This document shows positions 13,235 through 25,864 of a DNA stretch of 64,000 nt, piece after piece. The position numbers and the translations under genes are program-made. Every line of letters starts with the position of its first letter. The first letter of the stretch is position 1. The DNA lies in contig NC_043000.1 in the NCBI RefSeq assembly GCF_006345805.1, positions 37,944,001-38,008,000 on the forward strand. Direction: 5' to 3'. Below the pieces are notes generated by a model. It ran no database searches and had not been told where the DNA came from. It saw only the letters and a list, made by a program, of their open reading frames with translations. This stretch comes from Octopus sinensis (lineage: Eukaryota).

Positions 13235-14575
13235 GTTGTTGGCATCCTTTTTGTCTCGGGAGACAATGGAGTTGCGCATAAAATAATCTAGTCCGGCTTT
13301 TACATTTCATGTCCTAATACATCTCCTTCTGTGGCTGTGTAGTCCTATCCTGGACAAACACTCCCTCTGGCAGTTGCCGCAAATGTAGCGAAGACTTTGC
13401 TTGGCTGGTTGTAATGTCATACTTTCTTGTTGACGTCTTTTCTTGTCTTTCCATTTCTCCTCTCCCTCTATGTCACTCCTTTGTGTTCCCTCTTTTACGG
13501 TACGTCACCAATATCCCCGGTTGATGACATCTGCTTCCCAGTTGGTAATATTGATGTTGCAGGCATTCATGTCCCTTTTGCAAACATCCTTGTATCGTAA
13601 GAACGGTCTTCCCACAGACCTAGTGCCCCTAGCAAGCTCTCCGTTGAGTATGTCCATGGGGATTCTGCCATCTTCCATACGGCTAACATGTCGAAGCCAT
13701 CTCATACGTCTTTGTGTGAGGAGTGTAAGCATGCTTGGTATTCCTACTTGCTTGAGGACATCTTTGTTGGGGACATGATTCTGCCATTTGATGCGAAGGA
13801 TTTTCCGGAGGCAGCGCAGGTGAAAGATATTTAAGCGACGTATGGCGTCGTATGGCGTGTGTATGGCGTCCAAGTTTCACTTCCATACAGTAGAGTGCTA
13901 AGTACACATGCCTGATAAATCATTTTTGTGGTCTTGGTCAGCTTATTGTTGTCCCATGCCCGTTTGGAGAGTTGGGCCATCACAGCAGCTGCCTTGCCAA
14001 TGCGTATATTGAGCTCAGTATCAAGGGATAGGTTGTAGGTGACGGCAGAGTTAAGATAGGTAAACTTCTCCACCTCCTGTAGTCTGTGGTCTCCAATATG
14101 TATGTTTGGGATGGTCGATGTAGCCTGACCCATGATGTTGGTCTTCTTGAGGCTGATAAATAAGCCACAGTTGCCACATGCTTGCTCAAAACAGTTGATG
14201 AGCCTTTGTAGGGCTTCTTCTGTGTGTGATACCAGAGCGGCATCATAAGCAAATAGCATCTCCTTGATCAGGACGCTTCTGATTTTGGTCTTGGAACGCA
14301 GACGCGAGAGATTGAACAGTTTCCCATCACTTCTACTGTGCAGAAACACTCCATCATCTGATGTCACAAAGGCACGTGACAGCAGCAGTGAGAAGAAGAT
14401 GCCAAATAATGTAAGAGCAAGGACACAACCTTGCTTTACCTCATTTTTTATTTGGAAGGCGGCTGATGTTGAAGGCGGCTGATGTGGAAGGCGGCCATTG
14501 TGCTGTATGGTGCATTGCATATCATCATGGAAAGATGTGATGATTCTCAGCAGCTTTGGTGGACATCTGATTTTT
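13235..14575 (-). mobile_element. 5'-truncated RTE-clade LINE (RT C-terminal half plus 3' end)
   Basis: ORF 13831-14520 contains VKQGCVLALTLF, MLFAYDAAL (degenerate FADD), FTYLNS and LLYGSETW; the next frame has FHLRCLRKILRIKWQ and RRMRWLRHVSRMEDGRIP. Small internal tandem duplications at ~13840 and ~14457. Confidence 0.95.
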
Positions 14576-15134
14576 TGGAGCAGGATGAACTTTCCAAACC
14601 GACCTCTTCAATCTTCTGTGATGTGATCTTTGCAGTGTGGGGTTGCGCATTGTCCTGATGAAACATCACTCGTTTTCGACTCACTAAAGCGACTCTTTTT
14701 TCGATATAAAATGCATTTTTCGTCACAAGTCTATCGAAAAAGGGTGAAATGAGTTTGCGAGAATGGAGAGAAGAGCAGATGTCAACTCGGGATTTGCGGT
14801 TGCTTTCGGACAATACATGGGGAATCTATTTTCCAAGTTCAGGAATCTTTCCACGTTGTTGAAGATAACGATGAACTGTTGTATGGTTTGAAGTAAGCTT
14901 TACTGCCAATTCTTCAACTGATAATGACGGATTTTCCTCAAGTAATGCCTCAAGGAGCTTATCGTCCTGCTCGATATTCATCTTCAATTTTGCAAACGAT
15001 CTCCTGCAAGTTCTTTCATTCAAGCACTTTCCTATAAACTGAGTGTATGTTTCGAGTCACTTCAGCTGCAGAGTTACCTTGATTGTACTCATAAAGAATT
15101 ATATGTGCCTTAAATGCTCCTTGGATACTTCCAT
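14575..15134 (-). pseudogene. Mos1-like mariner transposase relic, internally deleted
   Basis: MEVSKEHLRHIILYEYNQG..., IPHVLSESNRKSRVDICSSL, RLVT joined to FHQDNAQPHTAK; the GDEKW segment is absent. Confidence 0.9.
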
Positions 15135-15310
15135 GTTGAAAGGGTTTTAATCAAAGCAATCTTAGGGTGTGCAAGAAGTCTGGGTACATGGAATAAAATC
15201 ATATTATAAACAAATATAAGAAATAATAATTTTCCATTTTTACTTTTGTTTAAATTAAATAAAAAAAATGCTTTACTTTTCTAAATTTATTTGTTATTTT
15301 TTCTACAGAT

Positions 15311-16040
15311 AATCGAATGATGGCTCTGTCTAAAGAAGAAAGAATCCCAGATCGAATGATGGATCTGTCTAAAGAAGAAAGAATCGAGTTAGTATTATTA
15401 AGTGAACGAGAGGGATGGTCTTATCGCAAAATTGCGGAAGAATTTAATCTTCGACACCCTTATAGGTAACCTATTTTTTTTACTGCTGTCGGGAAATTGA
15501 TCAAGAAATTTAAAGAAACAGGCAGTGTTTTGGATAAACCCCGTTCCGGGCGACCAAAGACTTCAGATGAAACGAAAGAGGCTGTCATGGCTAAAGTTTC
15601 TGCTAGCCCAAAGAAATCACTTCGTCGGACATCCACGGTGTTAGGTGTTCCAAAACCAACCATCCACGAAATGCTGGTTGAGGAAACCTAGAGATATTGC
15701 ATCACTTAAATGAAGACGACCCTGATAGACGAATGTAGACGTGCGAATGGTTTTCAGATAAATTGGATGAAAGTATCAATTTTACGAAAACCTTTGTTGT
15801 TCAGTGACAAAGCTACGTTTTGTGTAAATGGTGAGGTCAACATACAGAATCTTCTATACTGGTCTCGAGGTAATCCACAGTGGATGGATCCATCCAAACA
15901 GCAAGGCAGCAAAAAGGTGATGGCGTGATGTGGTTTGTGGAAAGCTCATGTTCTAGGACCCTTCTTCATTGAACATGTAACGGATGAGACTTATGTAAAC
16001 ATATTGAGAGACAAATTAATATCTCAAATTGAGCGCCTTC
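15311..16040 (+). pseudogene. Tc1/mariner-superfamily transposase relic (HTH plus start of DDE/D domain)
   Basis: MALSKEERIELVLL..LIKKFKETGSVLDKPRSGRPKTS..LFSDKATFCVNGEVNIQNLLYWS..GPFFIE; ~35-bp duplication of the start at 15311-15385. Confidence 0.9.
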
Positions 16041-16049
16041 ACACACACA

Positions 16050-16586
16050 CCCGTGTATGTAAAAAATATTTGAATCTTCGGGTGTTTCTAATATGCTAGG
16101 CCACTGGTTTTACTTGATTAACATGAATTTCTACCCTTGTTCAATTTTAAATAATAAAAAAATGTTCTCTAACCGGTAAATTGACTGCTGCAGTTTATTA
16201 ACTGCAGGATAGATTTCCGATCTCAGCGCGCCAAAGTGAAGGCATTTGAAGGATACACATAGATATAATTTGTTGAACTCTATGCATGCAGGACTCCGGT
16301 GATGCGTTTTTGTATCTAGTTTTGGAAATTATGTTTGTAAACGACAGACTATGCTGATGAGCTTGCAGATTTTCACGTATACATATGCGTGAATATTAAC
16401 AAGTGAAACTGATCGGTACATAGGTAATCGTATTTGATTTTGTATATTTTCATTTGTCTTACTTATTTTGTACAGTTTGGTTTTGTGCTGAATTTTTTCT
16501 TGAGATCACATTCTTCGTGGAAAATAGCTATTTTGACGTCTATATCTAGCATATTGACCGTCCACTTTTAGTGGTCAGTCTTTAAA

Positions 16587-16590
<4 letters not shown>
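16050..16590 (+). mobile_element. HHR-bearing non-coding repeat, copy 1
   Basis: Aligns by eye with 26447-27031 and 48245-48720; ends in (TA)n. Confidence 0.85.
16349..16423 (+). ncRNA. Type I hammerhead ribozyme
   Basis: Helix I CTATG/CATAG; core CTGATGA 16354-16360; helix II GCTTG/CAAGT with inner 9-bp hairpin ttcacgtat/atgcgtgaa; GAAA 16405-16408; helix III ACTG-AT-CGGT; triplet GTA 16416-16418. Confidence 0.88.
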
Positions 16591-16661
<71 letters not shown>

Positions 16662-16906
16662 ATATAGTAGAAATATGTTACGAAAAGAAAATATAAAATA
16701 CACGTGGAAATGTAAGGGTAAAATATGAAAAATCAACGAAAATGCATATTGCAAATAGAAAAAGACTATTTATGACAGGTAACGAAAAATATATACATTT
16801 AGATTGACTGAGGTAGTAATACGAGTTATAAAAGTCATTATTATGAGATGATAATAAGGTAAGAGAACAAAACGAACCAATGGTTTACGCAAAGCTATTC
16901 ATCGTG

Positions 16907-16958
<52 letters not shown>

Positions 16959-16963
16959 CTATG

Positions 16964-16998
<35 letters not shown>

Positions 16999-17044
16999 GT
17001 CTATCTATCTATCTATTATCTATTATTATATATATATATATATA

Positions 17045-17081
<37 letters not shown>

Positions 17082-17085
<4 letters not shown>

Positions 17086-17280
17086 CCCACCGGATGCTCC
17101 AAATCACATAGGCAAGTTTGAAGATTGCCTCACAAGAATTAAAAAAATTCCTCATGAATCTGGAACACAACGTGACCATATTTCTTATGGGTGATTTCAA
17201 CTTCCCCAACGTCAAATGGCCCGAAGGTCTCATACTCTCAGGAATGAATCATTCCAAGCAAGTACAGGTGGAGGCCAAGT
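17082..17280 (+). mobile_element. CR1/Jockey-group LINE APE-endonuclease fragment
   Basis: YCPPDAP..FLMNLEHNVTIFLMGDFNFPNVKW contains the GDFN motif. Confidence 0.8.
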
Positions 17281-17749
17281 TATATCTTGATATCGCTAGC
17301 GATAACAATACTCAAAATATATAACAGATTGGAATTGTAGGCCCGTCTCTTGCAATTTCGATCAATTGCATCTTGTATAGAAGTGTACAGCTGCAGCAAA
17401 ATTCATTTTTGGACTTTCTTCTATCGAAGGCATTTTAACAAAAATGCTTTCGTAAAGACGGTGAAAATATTGTCAATTTCCCCAAACAAGGTCACAATTC
17501 AATTTTTAAACAATAACCAAAGCCCCTTCTCCGAAAGGGGGAGGGTTTCGGTTTACAATTATTTAACAAATGCAACACAACAACGTTTCCCTGTCGAGGA
17601 ACCAACAAATATGATTACAATAGTCAAACAGTAATAATAATAATAACAACGAACCTTTTTAATTTATCCCCATTTATGTGAAACCAGTTATTCAAGTTCA
17701 AAGCATTGATTCAATTTTATCCGAATTGCTAATACACACACACACATAA

Positions 17750-17815
17750 TAAGGGTGAAAAACTGAATATTAATTTGATTAATATGAATTGAAAACCAGT
17801 GGTGTAGCCTATAAG
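17750..17815 (-). repeat. Fragment of the 5' part of the HHR-bearing repeat family
   Basis: Reverse complement resembles ctactggttttaaattgatattaattaaaattaatattca at 26533-26575. Confidence 0.55.
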
Positions 17816-17832
17816 ACCATAGCGGATCTTCT

Positions 17833-18169
17833 TCTAGCAAAATGGATGACCCCTGTTAATGGTTCATCCCTGTTATATAATACTTTCACTTTAATAGTTT
17901 CAGTAGTAAAGTGAATGTCTACATTACAATAGAGAGATGTTTTTGTTTCGCTTTTAAAAAGTAATACTGAAATAGTGGAGAAGATATGATATTGCTGTGG
18001 GGTCGCCCTATGGAAAAAGTTAAAATTTTTTGCTGATGACACTCACCGGATCTTAAGTAAGGCATGTGTAAAATTTGAATGAAATTGGTTGTGTAGTTCT
18101 CAAGTTTTAGGGAAACACACAGACAGACAGACAGACAGACACACATTCTCAGTTTTATATATATTGAGA
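17833..18169 (-). mobile_element. Non-autonomous Helitron (5' end clear, 3' end uncertain)
   Basis: Minus-strand start A|TCtcaatatatataaaactgagaatgtgtgtctgtctg; possible hairpin plus CTAG near 17833. Confidence 0.55.
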
Positions 18170-18418
18170 TAAAATAAAAATACTGACTCCCAAGGAAACT
18201 CAAGCTCAAAAAGGGAAGATATTAGGGTGAAATCCTGACACCCCTGTGGGATAGCAAGTGAACTGACAGTGCGACATAGTGTGGTATGGACAGTCGTATT
18301 TGTGAAGGCAGTCGTAGAGGTCGCTGAGAAGAGATAAAAGTTTGTTGCATGTTTGTTACTGATTTTGTTTTGTAGCTTTATAACACTGTCACAGTGTAGT
18401 CTACATCCAAACTCAAGG

Positions 18419-18424
<6 letters not shown>
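18170..18424 (+). mobile_element. Gypsy LTR sequence, same family and orientation as 9208-9357
   Basis: Shares ggtgaaatcctgacaccc..gatagcaagtgaactg and gtttgttactgattt..cagtgtagtctac.tccaaac.caaggatataa with the 5' LTR. Confidence 0.85.
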
Positions 18425-18490
<66 letters not shown>

Positions 18491-18492
18491 TG

Positions 18493-18544
<52 letters not shown>

Positions 18545-18567
18545 TAATAATAATAATAATAATAATC
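18421..18567. repeat. (AAT)n microsatellite
   Basis: Direct. Confidence 0.95.
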
Positions 18568-18704
18568 ATAAGGTGCGTAGTGTACACTTATCAGACGGGT
18601 AGTCATGATGGGTATACTGAGCTTCGTATAATTTACCCCAGTGTCACTCTGATGGTATGCACTGCTCTCTCACTCAATGATGATGAGGATGATGATGATG
18701 ATGA

Positions 18705-19660
18705 TACACACGAGAAGTCATACTACCTAACAACTATGAAGAAAAAGAAACATCAAAAGCTATAAAACAAATGAAATCAAAACTAAAACTAGAACGGCAG
18801 CGGACCATGATAAAACGATGGCAAGAAAAACCCCTTCATGGCAAATACTGAGTTAAACTAAACGCAAAAGGAACAGATAAAGCAAAATTCCAGCAATGGC
18901 TGAGAAGCTCAGGATTCAAAGCATAGACGGAAGGATTTTTTATTGCAGTACAAGACCAAAGCCTCCCCACCAGAAATTACCAAAAAAATATAATGAAAAA
19001 AAAAATAACAATTAACTGCAGAATATGTGGAGATGGACAAGAAACAATAAATCATATTATCTCTGGCTGCCCAGTCCTGGCTAAGAAGGAATATATTCAC
19101 CGACATGACAGAGTTGGGACCTACATACGCTGGAAGCTATGCCAACATTATGGAATAACAACAGAAAAAAGATGGTATAAGCATACGCCAGAAAAAAGTC
19201 ACAGAAAACGAGAAAGCAACCCTACTATGGGATATGTCAATGCACACAGATAGAGAAATTAAGGACAACAGGCCAGATATAGTTGTCAGAGATCATGAAG
19301 AAAAAAATACTTTTTAATCGATGACAACATTTCTCTAAAAGAAATGGAGTAACTTTCAAAATACAAAGATCTGGAAATAGAGGTAACTCATACGTAGACC
19401 CTAAAAACAGAAACTATTCCTATGATAGTAAGCACATTATATATGGTAGAAAAATATTTAGACAAATATGTAACAAAAACGTTAGGACTAACAAATATAT
19501 ATCATACAGAAAATAGCACTACTAGACACTGCACACAACCTATTTAAAACACTTTCAATACAGTAAAAATAAGAGCATCTCAACAAACCACAGTACATAC
19601 CCAAAGCACACAGAGCTGCGCTCAGTAGTGTAATGAAAGCACGTGAAAAAAATTAGACTT
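18705..19660 (+). mobile_element. R4/Dong-like non-LTR retrotransposon 3' fragment (CCHC finger plus restriction-like endonuclease)
   Basis: RWQEKPLHGKY..WLRSSG..CRICGDGQETINHIISGCPVLAKKEYIHRHDRVG..LLWD..NRPDIVV..KYKDL; followed by an (AAT)n tract 19670-19805. Confidence 0.92.
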
Positions 19661-19675
19661 CTGAATAAAAATAAA

Positions 19676-19805
<130 letters not shown>

Positions 19806-19807
19806 TA

Positions 19808-20190
19808 AAGTGCGACCATGAGATAGAGAATATGAAGCCAGACATAGTTTTAATTAAGACAGAAAACAAACTACGCTGACAACAAGATATGCAATAAGGA
19901 AGTAAGAAAAGTCGAGAGATATGACAGGTTAGCTTGGGAAGTTAAGCAGTTGTTTTCGATGAAAAAGGTAACAATGTGAACAGTGAACAAAAATCTCGAG
20001 AAGTACGTGGAACAAATAGGGGCTGCAATAAGGGTGGAGCACTTGCAGAAAACAGCATTGCTTGGAACCGCTAGAATACTCCGGAAGGTGCTCGAAAAAT
20101 AAGAGGTGTTACCTTAGTTCACTGGTAGTGAACAGCTGACACCACAGTACATCTCCAGCGTTAGAAGCTGCGCAAAGGCAAAGGTAATAA
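19808..20190 (+). mobile_element. Second R4/Dong-like family, 3' end
   Basis: KPDIVLI..KVERYDRLAWEVKQL..EHLQKTALLGTARILRKVLEK*; flanked by AAT repeats. Confidence 0.85.
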
Positions 20191-20266
20191 TAATAATGAT
20201 GATGATGATGGTAATAATAATAATAATTAACAATAATGATAATTATTATTATTATGATTATATCTA

Positions 20267-20310
<44 letters not shown>

Positions 20311-20311
20311 A

Positions 20312-20635
20312 AGACCCCCTTCGGTCATGAGTGACCATGGGTTTGCACCTAGAGAGTTACCCTCTGAGGCACAAGTCTGGACAAGGTTGTTTTATGGAAG
20401 ACCAGTAGTCGCCCATGCATACCGGCCTCCCCTCTCCACGCCACCAGTGTTATCCAAGGGAAAGACAAAGGTCGATACAGCTTGGCACCTGTGACGTTGC
20501 AACTCATTTCTACAGCTGAGTGAACTGGAGCAACGTGAAATAAAGTGTCTTGCTCAAGAACACAACACGCAGCCCGGTCCGGGATTCGAGCTCACAACCT
20601 CACGATCGTAAGCTCGACGCTCTAACCACTGAGCC

Positions 20636-20638
<3 letters not shown>
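20312..20638 (-). mobile_element. tRNA-headed SINE, family C
   Basis: Minus-strand head tggctcagtggttagagcg..gagctcgaatccc (A and B boxes) followed by a cttgagcaagacact core. Confidence 0.85.
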
Positions 20639-20666
<28 letters not shown>

Positions 20667-20929
20667 CACATATATGTAGAAGGTTGAAAAGGAACACACG
20701 AGTTGATAGATAGGGAAAAAAGTCAAGGTATAAAATGCTAAAATAATGTTATAAAAAAACATTTCAGTACCGGTTTCAGTCATTGAGACTTTTTCAAATG
20801 TAAGTATGGAAAACAATTAAATTCTGGAAAAATTAAAAGTAAAGTTTCAATGACTGAAAACAGTACTGAAATGTTTTTTATAAAATTATTTTAGCATTTT
20901 CTACCTTGATTTATTTCCATATATATATA

Positions 20930-21427
20930 GGGGGAAAGTAAGAAGAAAAATAAGCGAAAATGCACATTGAAAAAAGTAAAGGCTTTTTATGAAAAGTAAC
21001 GATAAATATATACAGTTAGATGAACTGAGGTAGGAATAAAAGTAATAAAAGTCATTATTGTGAATTGTTAAAGAGATTTAAGAGCATACCGGTTTCGTAA
21101 ATTTACTAATCATTGCTTTGAATGCACACCGATTAATGAACGGTGTCAAGTCTACTAGTTCCTGAGTAAAAAGATTATGTGTAAGGGAGGTAAGTAGTTC
21201 TGGATTTGGTGCAATTAGGGTAGATATAGATCTGTAAATTGAATGTTGTATGGGATGTATGGGGGTTAGTGATATTAAGTGACAGGTTAGTAGTGTTCTG
21301 TATTATGTTATGTATTCATATTGAGTTGTGGAAGATATTTATTGATAAAAGTTCCCTCTTTATTCATTCTTTGTTGTACTGAGGTGTTCTGTGAACATTG
21401 ATAGGCGGGGAAAATTAGGAAATTAGG
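20930..21427 (-). mobile_element. Penelope-like element 3' end (GIY-YIG endonuclease C-terminus plus 3' UTR)
   Basis: 21427-21308 translates PNFLIFPAYQCSQNTSVQQRMNKEGTFINKYLPQLNMNT* (ends in the P.LN motif typical of PLE endonucleases), followed by a decayed minimal HHR at 21082-21118. The 3' portion is also present at ~16660-16905. Confidence 0.7.
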
Positions 21428-21764
21428 ATTAAGATATATATATATATATAGCAAATAAAAGACAGAAGATGGAATATGCGAGAATTTATTATTAATTACG
21501 ATAGTTGTTTCGACACATAAAGCATCGATTCCTTAAGGGTGGGACACTCAACAACTGGTTCAGGGGCATCCGGTGGTGTAGATGAATCTCATCGGGTAAT
21601 AAATAAATACTACTCGTTTAAATGACTGTTCCACAATGTAATTTTCTGTTTTGTAGAGAGAAATGCAGCTAGACGTGGAAAATATCTTCATTTATATAGA
21701 TCAAAAATAAAATCACAGATGGCTAAAGGAGAAACGAACACGCAATCCAGCGAGAAAAGTATAT

Positions 21765-21960
21765 ATACGACAGGCTTCCTTCGGTTTCTATCAGCCAAAT
21801 CAGCTGACAAGCTTTGGCCGGCCTGAAGCTATAGAAGACACTTGCCCAAGCTGCTTAGCAGTGGGCTGAACCCGAGACTGTGTAGTTGGGAACCCGGAAC
21901 AACGTGGAACTGAACCCGGAACCATGTGGTTAAAAAACAAGCCACGCCTTCTGGCTGCTA
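21765..21960 (-). mobile_element. SINE family A, partial and decayed
   Basis: Homologous to other family A copies. Confidence 0.7.
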
Positions 21961-22150
21961 TTAAATGACCTTGTAGGAAACAACCACTTCGTAAGTATGT
22001 ATGTATGTATGTATGTATGTATGTATGTATGTATGTATGTGCGTTTGTATGCATGTATATAATTTTGTACGTGTTTGCATGTATGTATTAATGTATGTAT
22101 GCAAGAACGTATGTATATATGTTTGTATGTGCGATTGAATGTAAACCTGC

Positions 22151-22182
<32 letters not shown>

Positions 22183-23289
22183 GTGTGTGCGTGTATGTTA
22201 TACGCATTTACCTCGACAACAATTTATCATATGTGTATGATGAGGAATAAGGAAGGTAATTATAACAGACTTTATCAGAAAGGTTATCGTTATGTGTATG
22301 TGCGTATGTGTGTGTATGTGCATATGTGTGTGCGTGTGCGTGTGTGTGTATGTGTGTATAAGCTATACAGAAGTGTGTATGTATGTGACAGTAGAACCAA
22401 AAGCATTAGGTGGGGTTAATAAAAGGAGTCTAGTCTAAACACCGCCATATATAAAGTTTCCAATATATATTTTGTCTCAACGTTGTTTTAGACAAATGAA
22501 CTTGTTTCGTGTTGAGAATAAATTAGTTTACAGACAATAACAATAAGAATAAGAAAAACAACATAGCATATGCATATTTCTCTGTGTATGTGTGTGTGTG
22601 TGTGAGTGTGTATATATATTTATATATATGTGCGTGTATGTATATATATATATATTTATTTATATATTATACATATATACGTTTGCGTGTATCTACGTAT
22701 ATATATGTAAGTATGTGTGGATGTATGTGTGTATGAATGTATATGTATGTGTGCATGTGTGTGCATGTGTGTATTTATATATACAAGAAATCAAGACAAG
22801 TTGTATATATTGGGCCCTAGGAAAAAACAAATCATAAATATAGCATAAAATTAATAATATTGTAATAAGTCTGATATAAACTATTTAAAATTTAAGATGA
22901 AAAATGTAAGAAACAATTGTGGGAAAATACAGATATAATGAAAAATGTATGGGTATATATACTTATTAGTGTGTATGTGCGTCAGTGTGTATGTGCGTCA
23001 GTGTGTATGTGTATGTGTATTTGATTATAACGAATTTTTAAGAATCAAGGCACATCAAAATGTGGGACGCCAGAAAATGGCTAGTTACAACACATAGAGC
23101 TGACAGTGAAATAAAGGAATATTGCAAATTGAACTGCAATCGGGATACCGTAGATATATAAGACCCGAATCCAGTTTATTGTAACCAACCTGACTCCCCA
23201 GTGGCTCGTTGGTGTGACGCAAGGATAATGTAGCAAACATGAAGGGTATTTAAAGAGTACAGACAACCAGTACGCTTGTCAGATTTTTG

Positions 23290-23673
23290 TTTTCACCCAA
23301 GATAACCGAATGCATCGAATTGAGATCAGAAACCTGTGTCTCAATACCAGTGATGATGGTCTTTATGAAATCTTGGTCTTGGTTAGCATAGTCCAGCATG
23401 TTCCGAGCTATTTCCATGCGGAGATGCTGCTGCAATTTCCTGGATAATTGCACAACGGCTTTCGAACCTTCTCAATCGGATCTTCGTTTCGGCTCGTGGT
23501 TGTTCTGGCTGAGGGTGCCTCGCTCTCCACTGAGGTGCGACCATGTGTGAAGCGGTTGTACCAACCCTTGATCTGAAATCAGCGATGGTATCAACGCCAA
23601 AAGCCTGCTGTATGGTATGAGCTTGAGTATCACCAAGTTTTGGGCAAAACGTGAAGCAATATCTTTGTTCCAT
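23290..23673 (-). pseudogene. Mariner transposase relic (5' part)
   Basis: MEQRYCFTFCPKLGDTQ..IQQAFG and RMEIARNMLDYANQDQDFIKTIITGIETQV (degenerate TGDETWV). Confidence 0.9.
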
Positions 23674-23766
23674 AAAGCAACACGCCGGGCGAAATGCTTA
23701 GCGGTATTTCGTTTGTGCTCTAAACGTGTGTGTATATGTATGTATATATGTATGCATGTATGTATG

Positions 23767-23894
<128 letters not shown>

Positions 23895-23909
23895 GTATAT
23901 ATATATATG

Positions 23910-23960
<51 letters not shown>

Positions 23961-24328
23961 TTATATATATATATATATATAATATATATATACAAATACC
24001 TACACATATTGTCTATGCAGAAAATGTTAGAATAAAGAAAATATGAATAAGGTGTGAAAAAGAAATCGATATTTGAAAGATTTACTAAATCTGCCACATA
24101 ATCCCATATACGACAGTGTGAATGTGTCACAATGAATCTCAAAGACACCATTAGTAGCTGCTTTTTTATAGTCCAAAGGATTTTGGTCTTCTTGAAATCC
24201 AATCAAGCTTTCCCTCTTACTTTATGCCGATGATTTCAACAACGCGTTTTACATTCTAAACTGTTTCCACTTGTCCTTCAGTTAGTCTCATGCATATTTT
24301 TATAAATATCTTAACGAAATTAACAACA

Positions 24329-24359
<31 letters not shown>

Positions 24360-24469
24360 TATACATACACACACAACACACACACACACACACACACACA
24401 CACCACATATATATATATATATTTATCATCTTTTCTCTAATATATATATCTTTTATTTTCTTTCTTTTT

Positions 24470-24845
24470 TTTACTTGTTTCAGTCATTTGACTGCGGCCA
24501 TGCTGGAGCACCGCCTTTAGTCGAGCAAATCGACCCCGGGACTTATTCTTTTGTAAGCCCAGTACTTATTCTATCGGTCTCTTTTTGCCGAACCGCTAAG
24601 TGACGGGGGATGTAAACACACCAGCACACAAACACACACACTTACACACACACACATATATATATATATATACATATATACGACGGGCTTCTTTCAGTTT
24701 CCGTCTACCAAATCCACTCATAAGGTATTGGTCGGCCCGGGGCTATAGCAGAAGACACTTGCCCAGATGCCACGCAGTGGGACTGAACCCGGAACCATGT
24801 GGTTGGTTAGCAAGCTACTTACCAACACATCCACTCCTGCGCCTA
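24470..24845 (-). mobile_element. SINE family A, near full length
   Basis: Head, internal microsatellite and tail all present. Confidence 0.9.
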
Positions 24846-24886
24846 TATATATATATAATAATATATATATATGTATATGTATGTGG

Positions 24887-24943
<57 letters not shown>

Positions 24944-25075
24944 ATGTATATGTATATATATACGTGGATGAGAAAGGCGCGATCCAAAGAGGAGTGGACA
25001 GCGTGCTGTGACCAGCAGTGTCAAATGGATGTCCGACGGACTGGTCGGTCAAGGTGATCAAGGTGATAATATATA

Positions 25076-25111
<36 letters not shown>

Positions 25112-25390
25112 GGTGAATTGAAGAAATGGAGCTGAACGAAGATTGAACAGAAATCGTTTTTTTCATTCTACACGTGTAAAACGATTTCTGTTCAATCTTC
25201 GTTCAGCTCCATTTCTTCAATTCACCAATAATATTTTAATTTCAATTATCCGCACCAACGCACGGTTGCAACACACATAATGGTTGTACCTCCAACCGTG
25301 TGCTGTCTTCTGCTGTGATTTTTGCTACCAAGGTATCGGTTAAACTTTGATTAATCTGCTACAAGATTATTCATCTTTCTATTTCACATA

Positions 25391-25434
<44 letters not shown>

Positions 25435-25850
25435 TCTTTTACTCTTTTACTCTTTATTTGTTTCAGTCATTTGACTGAGGCCATGCTGGAGCACCGCCTT
25501 TAATCGAGCAACTCGACCCCGGGATTATTCTTTTGTAAGCCCAGTACTTATTCTATCGGTCTCTTTTTGCCGAACCGCTAAGTAACGGGAACATAAACAC
25601 ACCAGCATCAGTGTCAAGCAATGCTAGAGGGACAAACACAGATACAAAACACACACACGCATATATATATACATACATATATACGATCGGCTTCTATCAG
25701 TTTCCGTCTACCAAATCCACTCACAAGGCTTTGGTCGGCCCGAGGCTATAGTAGAAGACACTTGCCCAAGGTGCCACGCAGTGGGACTGAACCCATGACC
25801 ATTGGTTGGTAAGCAAGCTACTTACCACACAGCCACTTCCTGCGCCTATA
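25435..25850 (-). mobile_element. SINE family A, near full length
   Basis: As above, with (tactcttt)n tail. Confidence 0.9.
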
Positions 25851-25864
25851 TATATATATATAAT

